Shown here: positions 22,813 through 35,837 of the stretch, one piece after another
Position numbering within the stretch: position 1 is the first letter of the stretch
Layout: each line of letters starts with the position of its first letter
Origin: Squalus acanthias
Taxonomy: Eukaryota
Direction: 5' to 3'
NCBI GenBank assembly: GCA_030390025.1
Contig: CM059432.1
Span: 137,952,001-138,016,000 of the forward strand
Length of the DNA stretch: 64,000 nucleotides
The notes under the pieces: generated by a model
Seen by the model: only the letters and a program-made list of their open reading frames with translations
Database searches by the model: none
Told to the model about the DNA's origin: nothing
Program-made: the position numbers and the translations under genes

Positions 22813-22947
22813 CAGAAACATAGCAAAAAATAGAAAAATAGGAGCAGGAGTCGGCCATTCGGCCCTTCGAGCCTGCTCCGCCATTCAATATGATCATGGC
22901 TGATCCTCTATCTCAATACCATATTCCCGCTCTCTCCCCATACCCCT
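22813..22947 (-). mobile_element. CR1/HER1 3' tail inserted in the Harbinger right subterminal region
   Basis: ATAGGAGCAGGAGTCGGCCATTCGGCCCTTCGAGCCTGCTCC...CCCCATACCCC, matching the tail of 16164-16838. Confidence 0.85.
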
Positions 22948-24714
22948 CTGCAATGGGAAAATTCCGGCCATTGTTTTAGAATGAATTAAGAAGTTGAAAA
23001 TAGATAGAGAAGCCGGGCCGGATGATATCCACCCAAGGGTACTCGGGGAGATGGGACATGCGCTGTGCGAGCCCCTAGCCTGTATTTTTAATAGCTCACT
23101 GCACTCTGGAATGGTTCCTATCGACTGGAAGGAGGCTAATGTAGTCCCCATCTTTAAAAATGGTGATAAGAAAGACTATAGGCCCATTAGTTTAACATCA
23201 GTAATAGGTAAGATACTTGAGGGAATCATTTGGGATGCAATATTTGAATACTTGGATAGAGAGGGACATATGAGGAATGCCCAACATGGCTTCATAAAAA
23301 GGTCATGTCTTACAAATCTAATTGTATTTTTTGAGGAAGTTACAAAGTTGGTGAATGAGGGAAGTCCAGTAAACATTGTCTACTTAGACTTTCAAACATT
23401 TTTTGATAAGGTACCGCACAAGAGGCTTCTCTATGAGATCAAAGCCTCTGGTATTAGTGGTAATATATTGAGCTGGTTTGAGAACTGGCTGGCAGGACGT
23501 AGGCAAAAAGTAGTTATAGATGGACTTGTATCTGTTTGGAGACCGGTCACCAGTGGTGTCCCGCAGGGATTGGTGTTGGGACCGTTGCTCTTTACTATTT
23601 TTATTAATGATCTGGATGTAGGTGTTGAGGGCACGATCTGCAAATTTGCAGATGATACTGAGATCTGTGCGAGTGTCAGGACTGTAGACAACGCTCGTCT
23701 GCTTCAGGCAGATCTTAATGTGTTGGGAGATTGGGCTCATGACTGGCAAATTATGTATAACTTGGATAAGTGCAGTGTTATGGTGTGGGCAGGGCAAATG
23801 CTCAACATTCATACACCCTACAGGGAACAGCATTAAAGAAGGTGGCGATAGAAAGAGATTTGGGCATTCTAGTGCATACATCCTTAAAGGTACAAGAGCA
23901 GTGCCATGAAGCGATAACTAGAGCAAATAGGGTGTTGGGGTGTATCCATAGGACAATTGAGTATAAGACGAGGCGTACTATTTTGTCCTTGTACAAGACC
24001 TTTGTCAGGCCTCAGTTAGACTACCGTGTCCAGTTTTGGTCTCCTCACATGGTGGGTGACATTGAGGCTTTGGAAAGGGTACAGAGGAGGGCCACTAGAC
24101 TAATTCCCAGTTATAAGCATCGTGGTGATCAAGATAGGCTGAAAGAGTTGGGACTCTACACTTTAGAGAAGTGCAGACTTAGAGGTGAACTGATTGAGGT
24201 TTATAAGATAATGAAGGGAATAGATTGTGTTCCAGTTGACAGTTTTTTCACATTAAATAGGTTAGGGAGGACCAGGGGTCACAAGTTTAAGTTATGTAAG
24301 GCCAGACCTAGGTTAGATGTCAGGAGGTGGTTCTTTTCCCAGAGAACAGTGGACTCTGGAACAGGCTGCCGTCCAGTGCGGTGGATGCTGATTCGCTGAA
24401 TTCCTTCGAGCGAGAGCTGGACCTGTTTCTGGCTGGGGCGGAGATCACCTCTTACAGAAGGTAGGTACTGCAGGGAATTCAGGGCCAGAGTGATCTCTTG
24501 GACTAGCTTCGATCGCCTAGATGGGTCGGAGAGGAATTTCCCAGATTTCCCCCCCCAAATTGACCTGGGTTTTTAATTTGTTTTTTTGCCTCTCCCAGGA
24601 GATCACATGGTTTCGGGTGGGGTGGAGTGTATATGTTGTGATACACAAGGTATCGCAATTGTGTGGGACAGGCTGGATGGACCAGTGGGTCTTTACCTGT
24701 CCATCATTGTTTGT

Positions 24715-25465
24715 ATATTGATTGAGGAATAAATATTGGCCAGGACAGTTGGGAGAACTCCCCTGCTCTTCTTTGAAACAGTGCTGCAGGAACTTCCACT
24801 TCCACCTGCGAGGGCAGACGGTGTCTTGGTTTAACATCTCAACTGAAAGACTAAACTTGTGTACTTTAAATCATGGTTAAGAACTGGATTGACTCCAAAG
24901 TGAGTCAAAATGAGACCCAACCCCCATCTTTCCTTTTCCAGGGAGTCGCACTCCACTTCCATCTGGTGTCAGCTCAGGTCCTGATTCTGGATTCGTGCTG
25001 TATTTACATTGTAACTGCAGTTTTGATGTAAAAATGAAACTGCTTTGCACTGACACCATAGTAAGAAAGAATAAACTTGCATTGATATCACACCTTTCAC
25101 CACTTCAGGACGTCCAAAAGCGCTTTAAAAAAAGAAAGACTTGCATTTCTATAACGCCTTTCAAGAACACCGGATGTCTCAAAGCGCTTTACAGCCAATG
25201 AAGTACTTTTTGAAGTGTAGTCACTGTTGTAACGTAGGAAACGCGGCAGCCAATTTACGCACAGCAAGCTCCCACAAGCGGCAATGTGATAATGACCAGA
25301 TAATCTGTTTTAGCGATGTTGGTTGAGGGATAAATATTGGCCCAGGACACGAGGGAGAACTCCCCTGCTCTTCTTCAATAGTGAGCACGAGATCTTTTAT
25401 ATCCACCTGAGGGGGCAGACGGAGCCTCGGTTTAACGTCTGAAAGACGGCATCTCCGACATTGCA
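24715..25465 (-). mobile_element. Cluster of SacSINE1-like SINE fragments (24715-24850, 25070-25125, 25128-25465)
   Basis: Reverse complement of the SINE core and tail. Confidence 0.78.
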
Positions 25466-25689
25466 GCAAGTAGAACAAGAGTAACTGCACTTGAAAAGTA
25501 ATTGATTGGCCCTTGAAGTGCTTTTAGATGTCCTGAGGATGAGATGAAGCGCGCTGCCAGCGCTGAGCTTTAAATGATTCAGGTCAGTGCTGGATCAGCC
25601 ACCCTTTCACAACACAATCGGCGCTGTGTTTCGTAAACACTTGTGGATGAACAGAAGGCTGCGTTCAAATTGGCTGCACCACAAACGGC

Positions 25690-25985
25690 CTCTTGCGCAT
25701 CCCCGATTTTCATCGCTCCACCACTGGCGGCCGTACTTTCAGCTGTGGAATTCCCTCCCTAAAGCTCTCCGCCTCTCTACCTCTCTCTCCTCCTTTAACA
25801 CGCTCCTTAAAACCTACCTCTTTGACCAAGCTTTCGGTCGCCTGTCCTAATATCTCCTTTTGTGGCTCGGTGTTAAATTTTGTCTGATAACCGCTCCTGT
25901 GAAGCTCCTTGGAACGTTTTACTACATTAAAGGCGCTATATAAATGCAAGTTTGCAAGTTGTTGTTATATAAATGCAAGTTGTCA
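25690..25985 (+). mobile_element. L2 3' end fragment
   Basis: WNSLPKALRLSTSLSSFNTLLKTYLFDQAF plus the L2 3' UTR. Confidence 0.85.
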
Positions 25986-26641
25986 ATATATCAGTTCTAT
26001 TTATTCTTTACTTTCAGGGTATTTTTTTAAAATTTTGATTCTTATTAAAATCAGAAACGACATCATTACAGAGGAGTCTGGTTGTCAGCACATTAATCTA
26101 CTACAACTATCCTGTGTTGTTTTGCTGGTACAGAATCTCTAAATTGATGAATTTATTAAAAGACGCTCTATATGCAAATGAGCTAGAATGCAGCTGGCAT
26201 TGTTCCTAGCGGCTGAATTCGATCAAAAAACTGCTTTCAAAAGTTTTGGTGTTGAGACAAGCGTACTGTTCTGTGGAGAAAGTGGAAAAAGACAGAATGT
26301 GATTATTTAACATTATGGTATGTCTTTATTAATTGTGGCATTTGTAGAACAGGAAATACATCAGAGGGCTGAAATTGTCCTCTGACCATCGCACTCTAAG
26401 CTTATAAAAATGTCCACTTGTTTCCCTTGAACTGCTGCTTGCTCCTTTATTATACTCATTCTGTTACAGATGCATTTTGACCATTCATCCTTCCCTTACT
26501 CATACATCCAAACACAGAGCTCCCTAATGTCATTAAAATGTATGCACCGTTTGATTTATAAATACTAAAAGATTCTGATTTAATATTCTTTGTAAAAGGA
26601 CGAAAAGTGAAATGAATAAATTGCTCCAGCACAGACCTTAC

Positions 26642-26707
26642 TTGTTCTGTTTCTATACTGGGCATAACCCTGCGGCAAACAGGGAAGCAGGTCATCATAA
26701 ACATTAC
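26642..26707 (-). CDS. Candidate 66-nt host exon (phase 1-1; GNVYDDLLPCLPQGYAQYRNRT)
   Basis: TAG| acceptor and CAA|GTAAGG donor, open frame, unique sequence. No homology recognised. Confidence 0.25.
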
Positions 26708-26916
26708 CTAGTGTACATAGAAATTCTTCTATTCATACAGTTTCTCAATTGACAGAGACTGTGCCTGCAGAGTCCCCTGGGGTTAGCAGCTTGACAATAG
26801 GAAGTCATTCATCCAAGGACTCTCAGAATGACAGTGCGAGGACCGAACATGATGCTGGGGATTTGGGCTCGTCCCCGTTACACTGTTGTTACCAAATACA
26901 TAGCTTTTTGCAGCAT

Positions 26917-27380
26917 GTGGCAGCCGTGGCTCGGTGGGCAGCACTCTCACCTCAGAAGGTCGTGGGTTCAAGTCCCACTCCAGAGACTTGAGCACAAAAA
27001 TCTCGGCTGACGCTCCCAGTGCAGTACTGAGGGAGTGCTGCACTGTCGGAGTTTGCCGTCTTTCAGACGAGATGTTAATCTGAGGCCCCGTCTGCTCTCT
27101 CAGGTGGATGTAAACGATCCTGCAGCACCATTTTGAAGAAGAGCAGGAGAGTTCTCCCCGCTGTCCTGGGGCCAATATTTATCCCTCAACCAACATCACT
27201 AAAACAGATTATCTGGTTATTATCACATTGCTGTTTGTGGGAGCTTGCCGTGCGCAAATTGGATACCACATTTCCTACATTACAACAGTGACCACACTTC
27301 AAAAGTACTTCATTGGCTGTAAAGCGCTTTGGGACATCCTGAAGTCGTGAAAGGCGCTATATAAATGCAAGTCTTTCTTT
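26917..27380 (+). mobile_element. SacSINE1-like tRNA-headed Deu-domain SINE, full length
   Basis: A box TGGCTCGGTGG, B box GGTTCAAGTCC, Deu-type core and L2-like tail AAAGGCGCTATATAAATGCAAGTCTTTCTTT. Confidence 0.88.
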
Positions 27381-27445
27381 AAACATTGACCACGCACTAC
27401 AGAGAATACTTCAATGCATCAATAAGTTGAAGTGCTGTAACTTAC

Positions 27446-27487
27446 CCCAGCCCAGAAGTACACTAGCTATCTGTCGAAGTTGGACTT
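27446..27487 (-). CDS. Candidate 42-nt host exon (phase 1-1; EVQLRQIASVLLGW)
   Basis: TTCTGTTTACATCTAG| acceptor, GGG|GTAAGT donor, open frame. No homology recognised. Confidence 0.28.
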
Positions 27488-28312
27488 CTAGATGTAAACA
27501 GAATACACCATTCAGTTTGAAAGGACATTGCCTCCATACTATGGCATGCCAAGAATTATTTCATTTTGAATTCCACAATTGTGGAATAGTTTAGGATTTC
27601 CGGATCTCTTGTTTCAGGGACAACCGCCCAAGGATGTAGCTCCAAACATTTCAATAAAGACAGACATTTGAGCCAATTGTTACCAAAATATTATGAGTGC
27701 CTTTGCTCGGAACCACACAGTGATGACTCCATATTGCTACCTCAGCAAACACCAATGTGTGTGCAAGGCAAAGAAGAGGCTGGGATAATTCATGTTGTCA
27801 GATAAATTAATTTACTGATTATTATTTAATCTTGTGACAAGACCCCATGTTTTGACAGTTATGAGACTATTAAAAGGTACTAAGTGGTTTCTGGGGGACA
27901 AAGTGCGACAGATAATTATGTCAAACAAGCCTTAATCTAGATCTAAATTAATGGATGCCATGTATTACTTGTACAATGGTTATTTGTTAAATCACTCTGT
28001 ACAGTAATTTCTCAGATCAAACAGTGACTCACTCCTTTGGGTCCTGTTGAAAGCAAAAAGTGATGATTCTTTTTCTTTTTCTTTGTGTTCCATTTTCGAA
28101 GGACTTCCAGTTACACAACCTCAGAGACAACAACAAACATCAATCAGGGAGACTTCACGCCCCCCTGGTCTAGCTGTAATTCTTTCATGGGGAGAAATTA
28201 TTTCAGCTGAGCCACTGACAAAGATATTAATAATGAGACATTGCAGATGGGTAAAGTTGCTCTGGAGGGTTGGCTGGGTGATAACCAAAAAGGAACTAAG
28301 TCCTAGAATTTA

Positions 28313-29770
28313 GGGCCCATTTTTTGGGCGCTATTAAGGTGCCCAATATGGCGGGCAGGAAGCCCGCGCCCATTTCCGGCCGGAAGTGCGCCGCCTTCCA
28401 TATTGTATAAGGTGGTTGCGTTGGCGTCAGGAGTGGACGCCGGGATTACTTAAACCGCAGAATTATTTATTTACATTCAGGTCCTGCGCTTCCTGCAGGA
28501 CCTGTTTCCAATATTCAAACGCCCCAGCGCTTCACTCGCCACGAGCTCAACATGGCGCTAACCCTGAAGGAAGGACCCCCTCGCCAGAGCTATTTAAAGG
28601 GACCGTGCAGTACTTACTGCTTCGTTGCTGGTTTCTCATTTCAGGCTGCTGTTTGGCTTCTGGACGTTTCTTGGTGGGTTTATATCACTCTGGGAAAGAT
28701 CACTCTGTCTACACAGAGCAAGGTTTTGCTGGTCTTGCACTTCTTTGGCTGCCTTGCGGAGAGTTTGGCTGTAGCCATGGGTGGTCTGGTGGGACTGCAT
28801 TTGGGGCTGGAGGATGAGGGTGAGCAGCAAGGACGACAGGAGCAGCTGGCAGAAGAGGGGCAGGAGGAAGGCACTGTGCAGGAGGCCCTACCCACAGGGA
28901 GAGCTTCTTCTACTGTAAATCACGAGGACCAATGTCTCAGACACCTTCACTTCACCAAGGAAGCTGTCACCTGCTGCAGCCACAACTCAAGCCTTGCACC
29001 AGGGCATGGACAGCACTGCCTGTGGCTGTCAAGGTGACCGTGGCCCTTAACCTTTATGCCACGGGTTCCTTTCAGGCTGTAACAGGTGACATCAGCCACA
29101 TCTCCCAGTTTGCAGTCCAGCGCTGTATCAGGGAGGTCACCGAGACTCTCTACAGCGGGAAGAACACCCACATCTCCTTCCACATGGACAATGTGGAGCA
29201 GGACAAGAGAGCACTAGACTTCTCCCACATTGCAAGCTTACCAGTAATGCAGGGCGCCATAGACAGCACCCACATTGCCTTGCGTGCTACCTTTCGGCAG
29301 CCTGGCACCTTTACCAATCGAAATTGATTCCACTCTCTTAATGTACAGCTGGTTTGCGACCAGAGGCAGCGCATCATGCAGGTCTGTGCCTGGTTTCCTG
29401 GCAGTAGTCATGGCTCTTTCGTCCTGTGCCAGTTTTCCGTACCACCTTTATTCTGACCTAGGCCACCAAGTTACAGGCTGGCTACTGGACGACAAGGGCT
29501 ATCCCCTCCAGACATACCTCACGATTCCTGTCAGGAACCCGAGCACAGCTGCAGAGCAGACCTACAACGAGAGCTGTGCTGCCACCAGGAGCATCATCGA
29601 GCAGACAGTCGGCATGCTCAAGCAATGCTCCCGCTGCCTGGACCATTCCGGAGGAGCTTTGCAGTGCAGCCTTGAGCGGGTATCCAGACTTGTGTATGTC
29701 TGTTGCATGCTGCACGACTCTGCCATCATGAAGGACCAGCACTTACCACTACCTGGGCAGCAACACGTGC
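28313..29770 (+). pseudogene. Second Harbinger element: left end plus decayed DDE transposase
   Basis: GGGCCCATTTTT-type end; [75 protein letters not shown] with stops and frameshifts. Confidence 0.85.
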
Positions 29771-30011
29771 TTGAAGCATTGGCGTTGAGGGCAACTACTC
29801 TTGATTGAGTGTGGCACCACGGAGCCCTAGCGAAACTGAGGTCAACTGGGTCCTACACCCACAACAGGCCTATATTTTCTCTTTTCAGATACTGTAGACC
29901 TGCTGTGTAATTCCAGCGTTTTCTATTCAGATGAATTCTTCTAGTCACAAAATTCTTAACAAGTTGAAGTTGATCAATGCTTCGGAGTCTGATCTCCATA
30001 TTAGGGTACAT

Positions 30012-30247
30012 AAAGAAAGACTTACATTTATACAGCACCTTCCACAACCTCAGGATGTCCCAAAGTGCTTTATAGCCAATGAATTACTTTTGAAGCGTAG
30101 TCACTGTTGTAATGTAGGGAAACACAGCAGCCAATTTGTGCACAGCATGATCCCACAAACAGCAATGACATAATGACCTGATAATCTGTTTTAGTGATAT
30201 TGGTTGAGGGATAAATATTGTCCCGGACACTGTGGAGAACTCTCCTG
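30012..30247 (-). mobile_element. SacSINE1-like SINE 3' half
   Basis: Reverse complement of the SINE tail and core. Confidence 0.8.
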
Positions 30248-30843
30248 TAGGTACGTCATATACAAAAGTTATGAAAGTTTAATGCAGATAAAGTCAACAA
30301 ATAAGAACACCCATGTAATAAATAGGTTACCAGTTAATTGAATGTCTCAAAAAGGATTCAATTTAAAGTTTTGAAAATAAGTTTTCTTTTGATCTGTGCC
30401 TGTGATATTGTATCCTAAAGCTACCATCACTGATTCTATAAAATGCTACGGAAGATTTATATTACACTTTTACATTAGCTGGCAAGTGCATTCTGTAACT
30501 TAAGATCTAAAAATAAAGCAGTGCATCAAAACAGTTTGACCAGGCTGTTGTGTAGAAAGCTGCTACCAGTGTGAATATTAGCATCTTTATCTGTATCGCA
30601 TTTCAAATCATTCTTGTGCAGGACAGTCAAGACTACCATTTCGGGCCTGATTATCTTGTCATTGAATCAGAATTCTCCCAATTACTCATCAACCATTTCC
30701 TACAACAACTATGCACTCCACTGCTGAATGAATGAACCTTCCAATATTTATATTGTTCTAAGTTGCTTGTTCCCTGCTTAAGAAGCAATAAAGGGTCACT
30801 GTTGCGGGTACGTCATGATTGAATCGTATTTTTTTGCAGCATA

Positions 30844-31310
30844 GTGTCAGCTGTGACTCAGTGGGTAGCACTCATCACCTTTGAGTCAGAAGGTTGTGGG
30901 TTCCAGTCTCACTCCAGAGACTTGAGCACAAAAATCTCAGCTGACACTCCAGTGCAGTGCTGAGGGAGCGCTGCACTGTCGGATAGAGCCGTCTTTCGGA
31001 TGAGACGTTAAACCGAGGCCCCGTCTGCTCTCTCAGGTGTACGTAAAAGATCCCACGGCACTATTTCGAAGAAGAGCAGGGGGAGTTATCCCCAGTATTC
31101 TGGCCAATATTTATCCCTCAATCAACATCACTAAAACAGATTACTAGTCTTTATCACATTGCTGTTTGTGGGAGCTTGCTGTGCACAAATTGGCTGCTGT
31201 GTCTCCTGTGTTACAACAGTGACTACACTTCAAAAAGTACTTCATTGGCTGTGAAGCGCTTTGGGACGTCCTGAGGTCGTGAAAGGTGCTATATGCAAGT
31301 CTTTCTTTTT
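30844..31310 (+). mobile_element. SacSINE1-like SINE, full length
   Basis: Colinear with 26917-27380. Confidence 0.88.
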
Positions 31311-31602
31311 ATTTCAAAATTGTGCATTCCAACCATTTTATTAATGGTTGATGTATCTCAACAAAAACAGGCATTTCTCCTACATTTGAACTTTGTGTCT
31401 GATGAGACAATAGCAGCTAACATGCATGTAAAGACTGAAGAGGATATTGATGACTTAGGAATGACACCTTCAATTTTATTTTAATTTCAAAAGTTATTAA
31501 TAAAGTCTTGGGGTAAGATGTCCTGAAATTAAATATTTTATAGTTATGTTAGGTTATTGTATTCATTTTGTACGGATGATTGCATCATTATTGCATGGAT
31601 GG

Positions 31603-31955
31603 CATTCAAAATGATGAGGGGTTTTGATAGAGTAGATAAGGAGAAACTGTTTCCACTGGCAGGAGGGTCGGTAACCAGAGGACACAGATTTAAGGTAATT
31701 GGCAAAAGAACCAGAGGGGGAGATGAGGAGAAATTTACTTACGCAGCGAGTTGTTATGATCTGGAAGGCACTGCCTGAAAGGGCGGTGGAAGCAGATTAA
31801 ATAGTAACTTTCAAAAGTGAATTGGATAAATACATGAAGGTGAAAACATTGCAGGCCTGTGGGGAAAGAGCAGGAGAGTGGGACTAATTGGATAGCTCTT
31901 CCAAAGAGGCACGATGTGCCAAATGACCTCCTTCTGTGCTGTGTGATCCTATGAT
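31603..31955 (+). mobile_element. CR1 3' fragment
   Basis: FKMMRGFDRVDKEKLFPLAGGSVTRGHRFKV plus the 3' UTR. Confidence 0.82.
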
Positions 31956-31965
31956 ATGTTGCAAG

Positions 31966-32718
31966 TCTCCCTAACATCTGTCTGAGGTTGAACCACACTG
32001 TTCGCAACCTTGGTGTCATGTTTGACCCTGACGTGAGCTTCCGACCACATATATGCGGCATAACTAAGACTGCCTATTTCCACCTTCATAACAGCGCCTG
32101 TCTCAGCTCATCTGCTGCTGAAATCCTCATCTATGCCTTTGTTAGCTCTAGACTTGACTATTCCAACGCAGTCCTGGCTGGCCTCCCATGTTCTACCCTA
32201 CGTAAACTTGAGGTCATCCAAAACTTGACTGCCCGTGTCCTAACTCGTACCAAGTGCTGTTCACCCATCACCCCAAGTGCTCACTGACCTACATTGGCTC
32301 CCGGTTAAGCAACGCCTTAATTTCAAAAATCTTATCCTTGTATTCTAATCCCTCCATGGCCTCGCCCTTCCCTAACCCTATAATCTCCTCCAGCTCCACA
32401 AACCACCCCGCCCCCACCACCACCGAGATATCTGCACTCCTCTAATTCTACCCTCTTGAGCATCCCTGATTATAATCGCTCAACTATTGGTGGCAGCTGC
32501 CTAGGCCCTAAGCTCTGGAATTCCCTCCCTAAACCTCTCCGCCTCTCTTTCCTCCTTTAAGACACTCCTTAAAACTTACCTCTTTGACCAGTCACCTGCC
32601 CTAATTTATCCTTATGTGGCTCGGTGTCAAATTTTTGTCTTATAATACTCCTGTGAAGCGCCTTGGGATGTTTTACTTTGTTAAAGGCGCTATATAAATA
32701 CAAGTTGTTGTTGTTGTT
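31966..32718 (+). mobile_element. L2 3' fragment
   Basis: VRNLGVMFD...SRLDYSN...IQN; (TTG)n tail. Confidence 0.88.
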
Positions 32719-35359
32719 CTCCTATAGAGGGTGGAGTTGACTCGGTCACTCATGTGAACTGTGGATACATTCCTTCTTTCATGCAATGCTTGGCTTCTCT
32801 CAGTAGCTTATCCTATAACACTATTTAAAGTCAAGCAGCCAGGAACAAACTTCTCTGAAAATTCCACTCCAACTCTGCCATCCTGATGGTTGCTGTGATA
32901 GGCGATAAATTTGCTACCATGCATTTTTTTTTTTCCATTTGACTTTAAACATTTATCACAGTAGATGCGTCAATGACGTGATTACGTTATCGTGTCAGCA
33001 TACTTGCCTTTGCACAATCCTCTATTTACAGAGCTCTGCAAATAGCATCTTGCAAGATATTTTGGACAAAGGACAAAGTCCCTTTAAATATTAAATGTGC
33101 TTTTTTGGCAGTCTGCAATAATCTTTTTATTATATATATATATATACCCTGTCAAACTTCACTTGTCATCAAATACAAAAAGAAATAACATTTCAAGGAG
33201 ATTTCTGTTGGCAGTGAGAGCTTGTGTATTGGGGTGGTAAAGAATGACAATCGTTACTTGTTCCTCCAGAATCAGCTCGCTCCCCCTCTCACTACTGCAG
33301 TGCATTTCAATTTCATAGTAACAAGATACCCACTGAGCTATTCAACTGAGAGGAATTTTACTTATTAAGCTGCTCAACAGCTTTGACTTAACTGGAGTCT
33401 TTGTTCTGAGCATATTTGATGCGAACAATTTTTGTTTTCATGGGGAGGAGGTGAGCAGCTAGCAGTTTAATGCTGGGTTTTCCAAATGGTCTTATATATT
33501 AATTAGATTACAGCTAGTAGGTTGTAACTGGTTGTTAACGCATAATGCTTGCTGCCAGGCCTGGAAATAAATGTCCTGTATTTATTTTTATTTCCAGCAA
33601 ATATCGATTACTCCCACTCCTCCACTCGTGACTGGCTCAATGTAGATCTACATAGCCCAAGGCTTAATTGGTCTAACCTGTGGAATTTAAAATGCAAAGT
33701 GGTACAAAAGTGGATCGACCAGGATGTAGAAAAATAAGCACTGTACTTCACTTCAATGTCAGCATAGCCGATCAACGTGCAAAAAAAGACTTAATTTGAT
33801 GCAAGGCATTCAGTATCTTTATATGATTTATACCCCAGTGTTTGAACTGCTCGCAGGAAAACAGATTACAAGATAAACATCTGTTAACATGAGTGTTTAT
33901 CTCATGATGAAAATAGGTCACTTCTTCTTAGGAAACGCAGTTACAGAATGAGTAGTTCTGTATTAACTAATAGGTTTAAAATTTAATGAGCTTCCATGCT
34001 GTCTAGAGCCACTCGCAGTGTTTGATTTTGAGGTATTTGTTGTGTTTTTTTTATGCGCTCGTGTGTATTTAAACAAGCCTTCAGGGGATTTATTAAATAT
34101 CAAGTACCTTCCCCTTGTAATGAGTCACTCAAGCAGTGAAGTTCTTGTTCTAAGCAGCATTTTTAGTCGGCGCTGTTGAAAATAGGTGGTCTTTCTTTTT
34201 TTTTTGTTTTTAATTAGCAAAGCCTTTTCGGAGAGTGGATTAGAGCACTGCAGGATACTGAGGTAGCCTAGTGATACAATTTTTAATAATTTTTTTTTTT
34301 TTTTTTGCTGAGCCTGCAAGATGATGAGCCTGACTACAGTACAAAATCCCAACACAAAGGGATTATACACTCAAATGCACGCAGCACAACTTAATAGTGA
34401 AAGAGGCCACAGTCTCCGTGAGGGCAAAGATAGCTGACAAATTCTTGAATATATATACCGCCAGCCCACAATATTTTAGTGCCGCTGCACACCCCACAAT
34501 AGAAGGACACAGTCACGATCTGTACACTTTTCTTCCTTTGTCCAAAAATGAAGCTGCTCAGCAAATCTTTGGAAAGGGGGGAGAACAAAACCATTTTGCG
34601 ATTTAAAAAAATTATTCACTGATAACAATTGTCTGAACAAATAAAAGCAGGTCTCGATGATGTGTCCTTTAGTTCGACAGTCAACATCTTGCTTTCATCG
34701 AACGATTTTATATATTCTTTTAAAGCTGAACTAAAGAAGGATACTCAAGAGTCAGAACTGGAGCAAAAGTTCCCAAAAAGTACCGGATTTATATTCAGGA
34801 AGTGTACCCACTAGCTAACTGTACATATTTAGGCACCTAATATGAAAAGCAGTGACTAACCTGTTCCAATATAACTGTGTTCAAAAAATATGCATGACCT
34901 AAAACTATTTCGTAACTTTAGGAAATGTGTCTAAATACATGTGCAGCCAATTAAAATTTAGGAATGAAAAAGTACTGGGGATAAAGCAACAAAATAGATA
35001 TGAAATGTGGAACGTACAATTACAAAAATTCTAGGCTAGAACAGGGAAAACCTAATCGAACCAGCTTTTTGTCCCTTGCCGTATCCGCACTTTAATCATT
35101 CTTGCTTTTTTCACAACTTTACCTCAAACAGAATGGGCTCGGAAGGAAAAACGGTTTTAAAACAGGCTTGAACTCAGTCATATTTACCATCTTCCATAGT
35201 GGCTTAGTCAGAGGTCATTTTATCATTCGCCAACACTATTAAAATCTCAAGAATGAGTCACACTTTCATAAATGTTGTCTAAGTATAAGAATATGACTCA
35301 TAGCCTAGTTAATTTAATGGGTGACATGACAACAGTGAAATCGAGGCATAGCTGGTACC

Positions 35360-35736
35360 TAGGGTTGCCAACCCTCCAGGATTGCCCTGGAGTCTCCAGG
35401 AATTGAAGACTAATCTCCAGGACACTGCTGCAGGCAAACCCAGGAGAAAAATCACAGGGGAGGTTGGGGGGGCAATAAAAAAAGTGTATTATTTTTTCAT
35501 TTTGTTTGAAGACTTTCAATCATTAGTTGTAAAAATATTGGAGATGGAGGGAAAAAGGCTGTCAGTCAAGATTAATCCAGTTGGGTAATAAAAGAGTCTC
35601 TTCGCTTTCCAATTGGGGTGGGAAGGCAGTGCATCTGGAGAACGGACCAATGGCGGGAGTGTGGGGGGGGGCAGGGCAGTTCAAGGTCATGTGATGAAAC
35701 CTCCAGGAATGCACCCGACCAGAGTTGGCAACCCTA
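35360..35736. mobile_element. hAT-type MITE, 377 bp
   Basis: Perfect 13-bp TIR TAGGGTTGCCAAC; 8-bp TSD CTGGTACC / CTTGTACC (7/8). Confidence 0.85.
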
Positions 35737-35837
35737 CTTGTACCCCAGCACAAAATATATGATGGATTCCATGGTGTATTTTTGACCTGTAGTGTGTTTA
35801 AGAATAGATGTCATATCGCTTATGACGTTGAAATTAT

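Larger units (their letters stand above)
18688..22969. mobile_element. PIF/Harbinger DNA transposon with complete two-gene structure (mutated)
   Basis: TIRs CGCCAGAATCTTT and (reverse complement) GGCCGGAATTTTC, ATT TSD (18685-18687, 22970-22972), and convergent Myb-like and DDE transposase genes. Confidence 0.88.
18170..24710 (+). mobile_element. CR1 LINE (5'-truncated ORF2 plus long 3' UTR) split by a Harbinger element; pieces 18170-18687 and 22970-24710
   Basis: Left piece ...VGPLKDGQG...LNEYFASVFT; right piece LKIDREAGPDDIHPRVL...YRPISLTS...FADD...RTRGHKFKL, which are consecutive parts of ORF2. Confidence 0.85.

Noticed and set aside
26741..26916. Plus-strand exon candidate (TETVPAESPGVSS...)
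   Set aside because: An acceptor-like AG is present, but there is no good donor before the frame runs into a SINE and no recognisable homology.
26917..26990. tRNA gene (A/B boxes; also at 30844, 41660, 45960, 61700)
   Set aside because: These are the tRNA-derived heads of SINEs, continuing into the Deu core and L2-like tail.
28102..28250. Plus-strand exon candidate after a strong pyrimidine tract
   Set aside because: The AAG acceptor is weak, two frames are closed, the open frame is not protein-like, and no partner exons were found.
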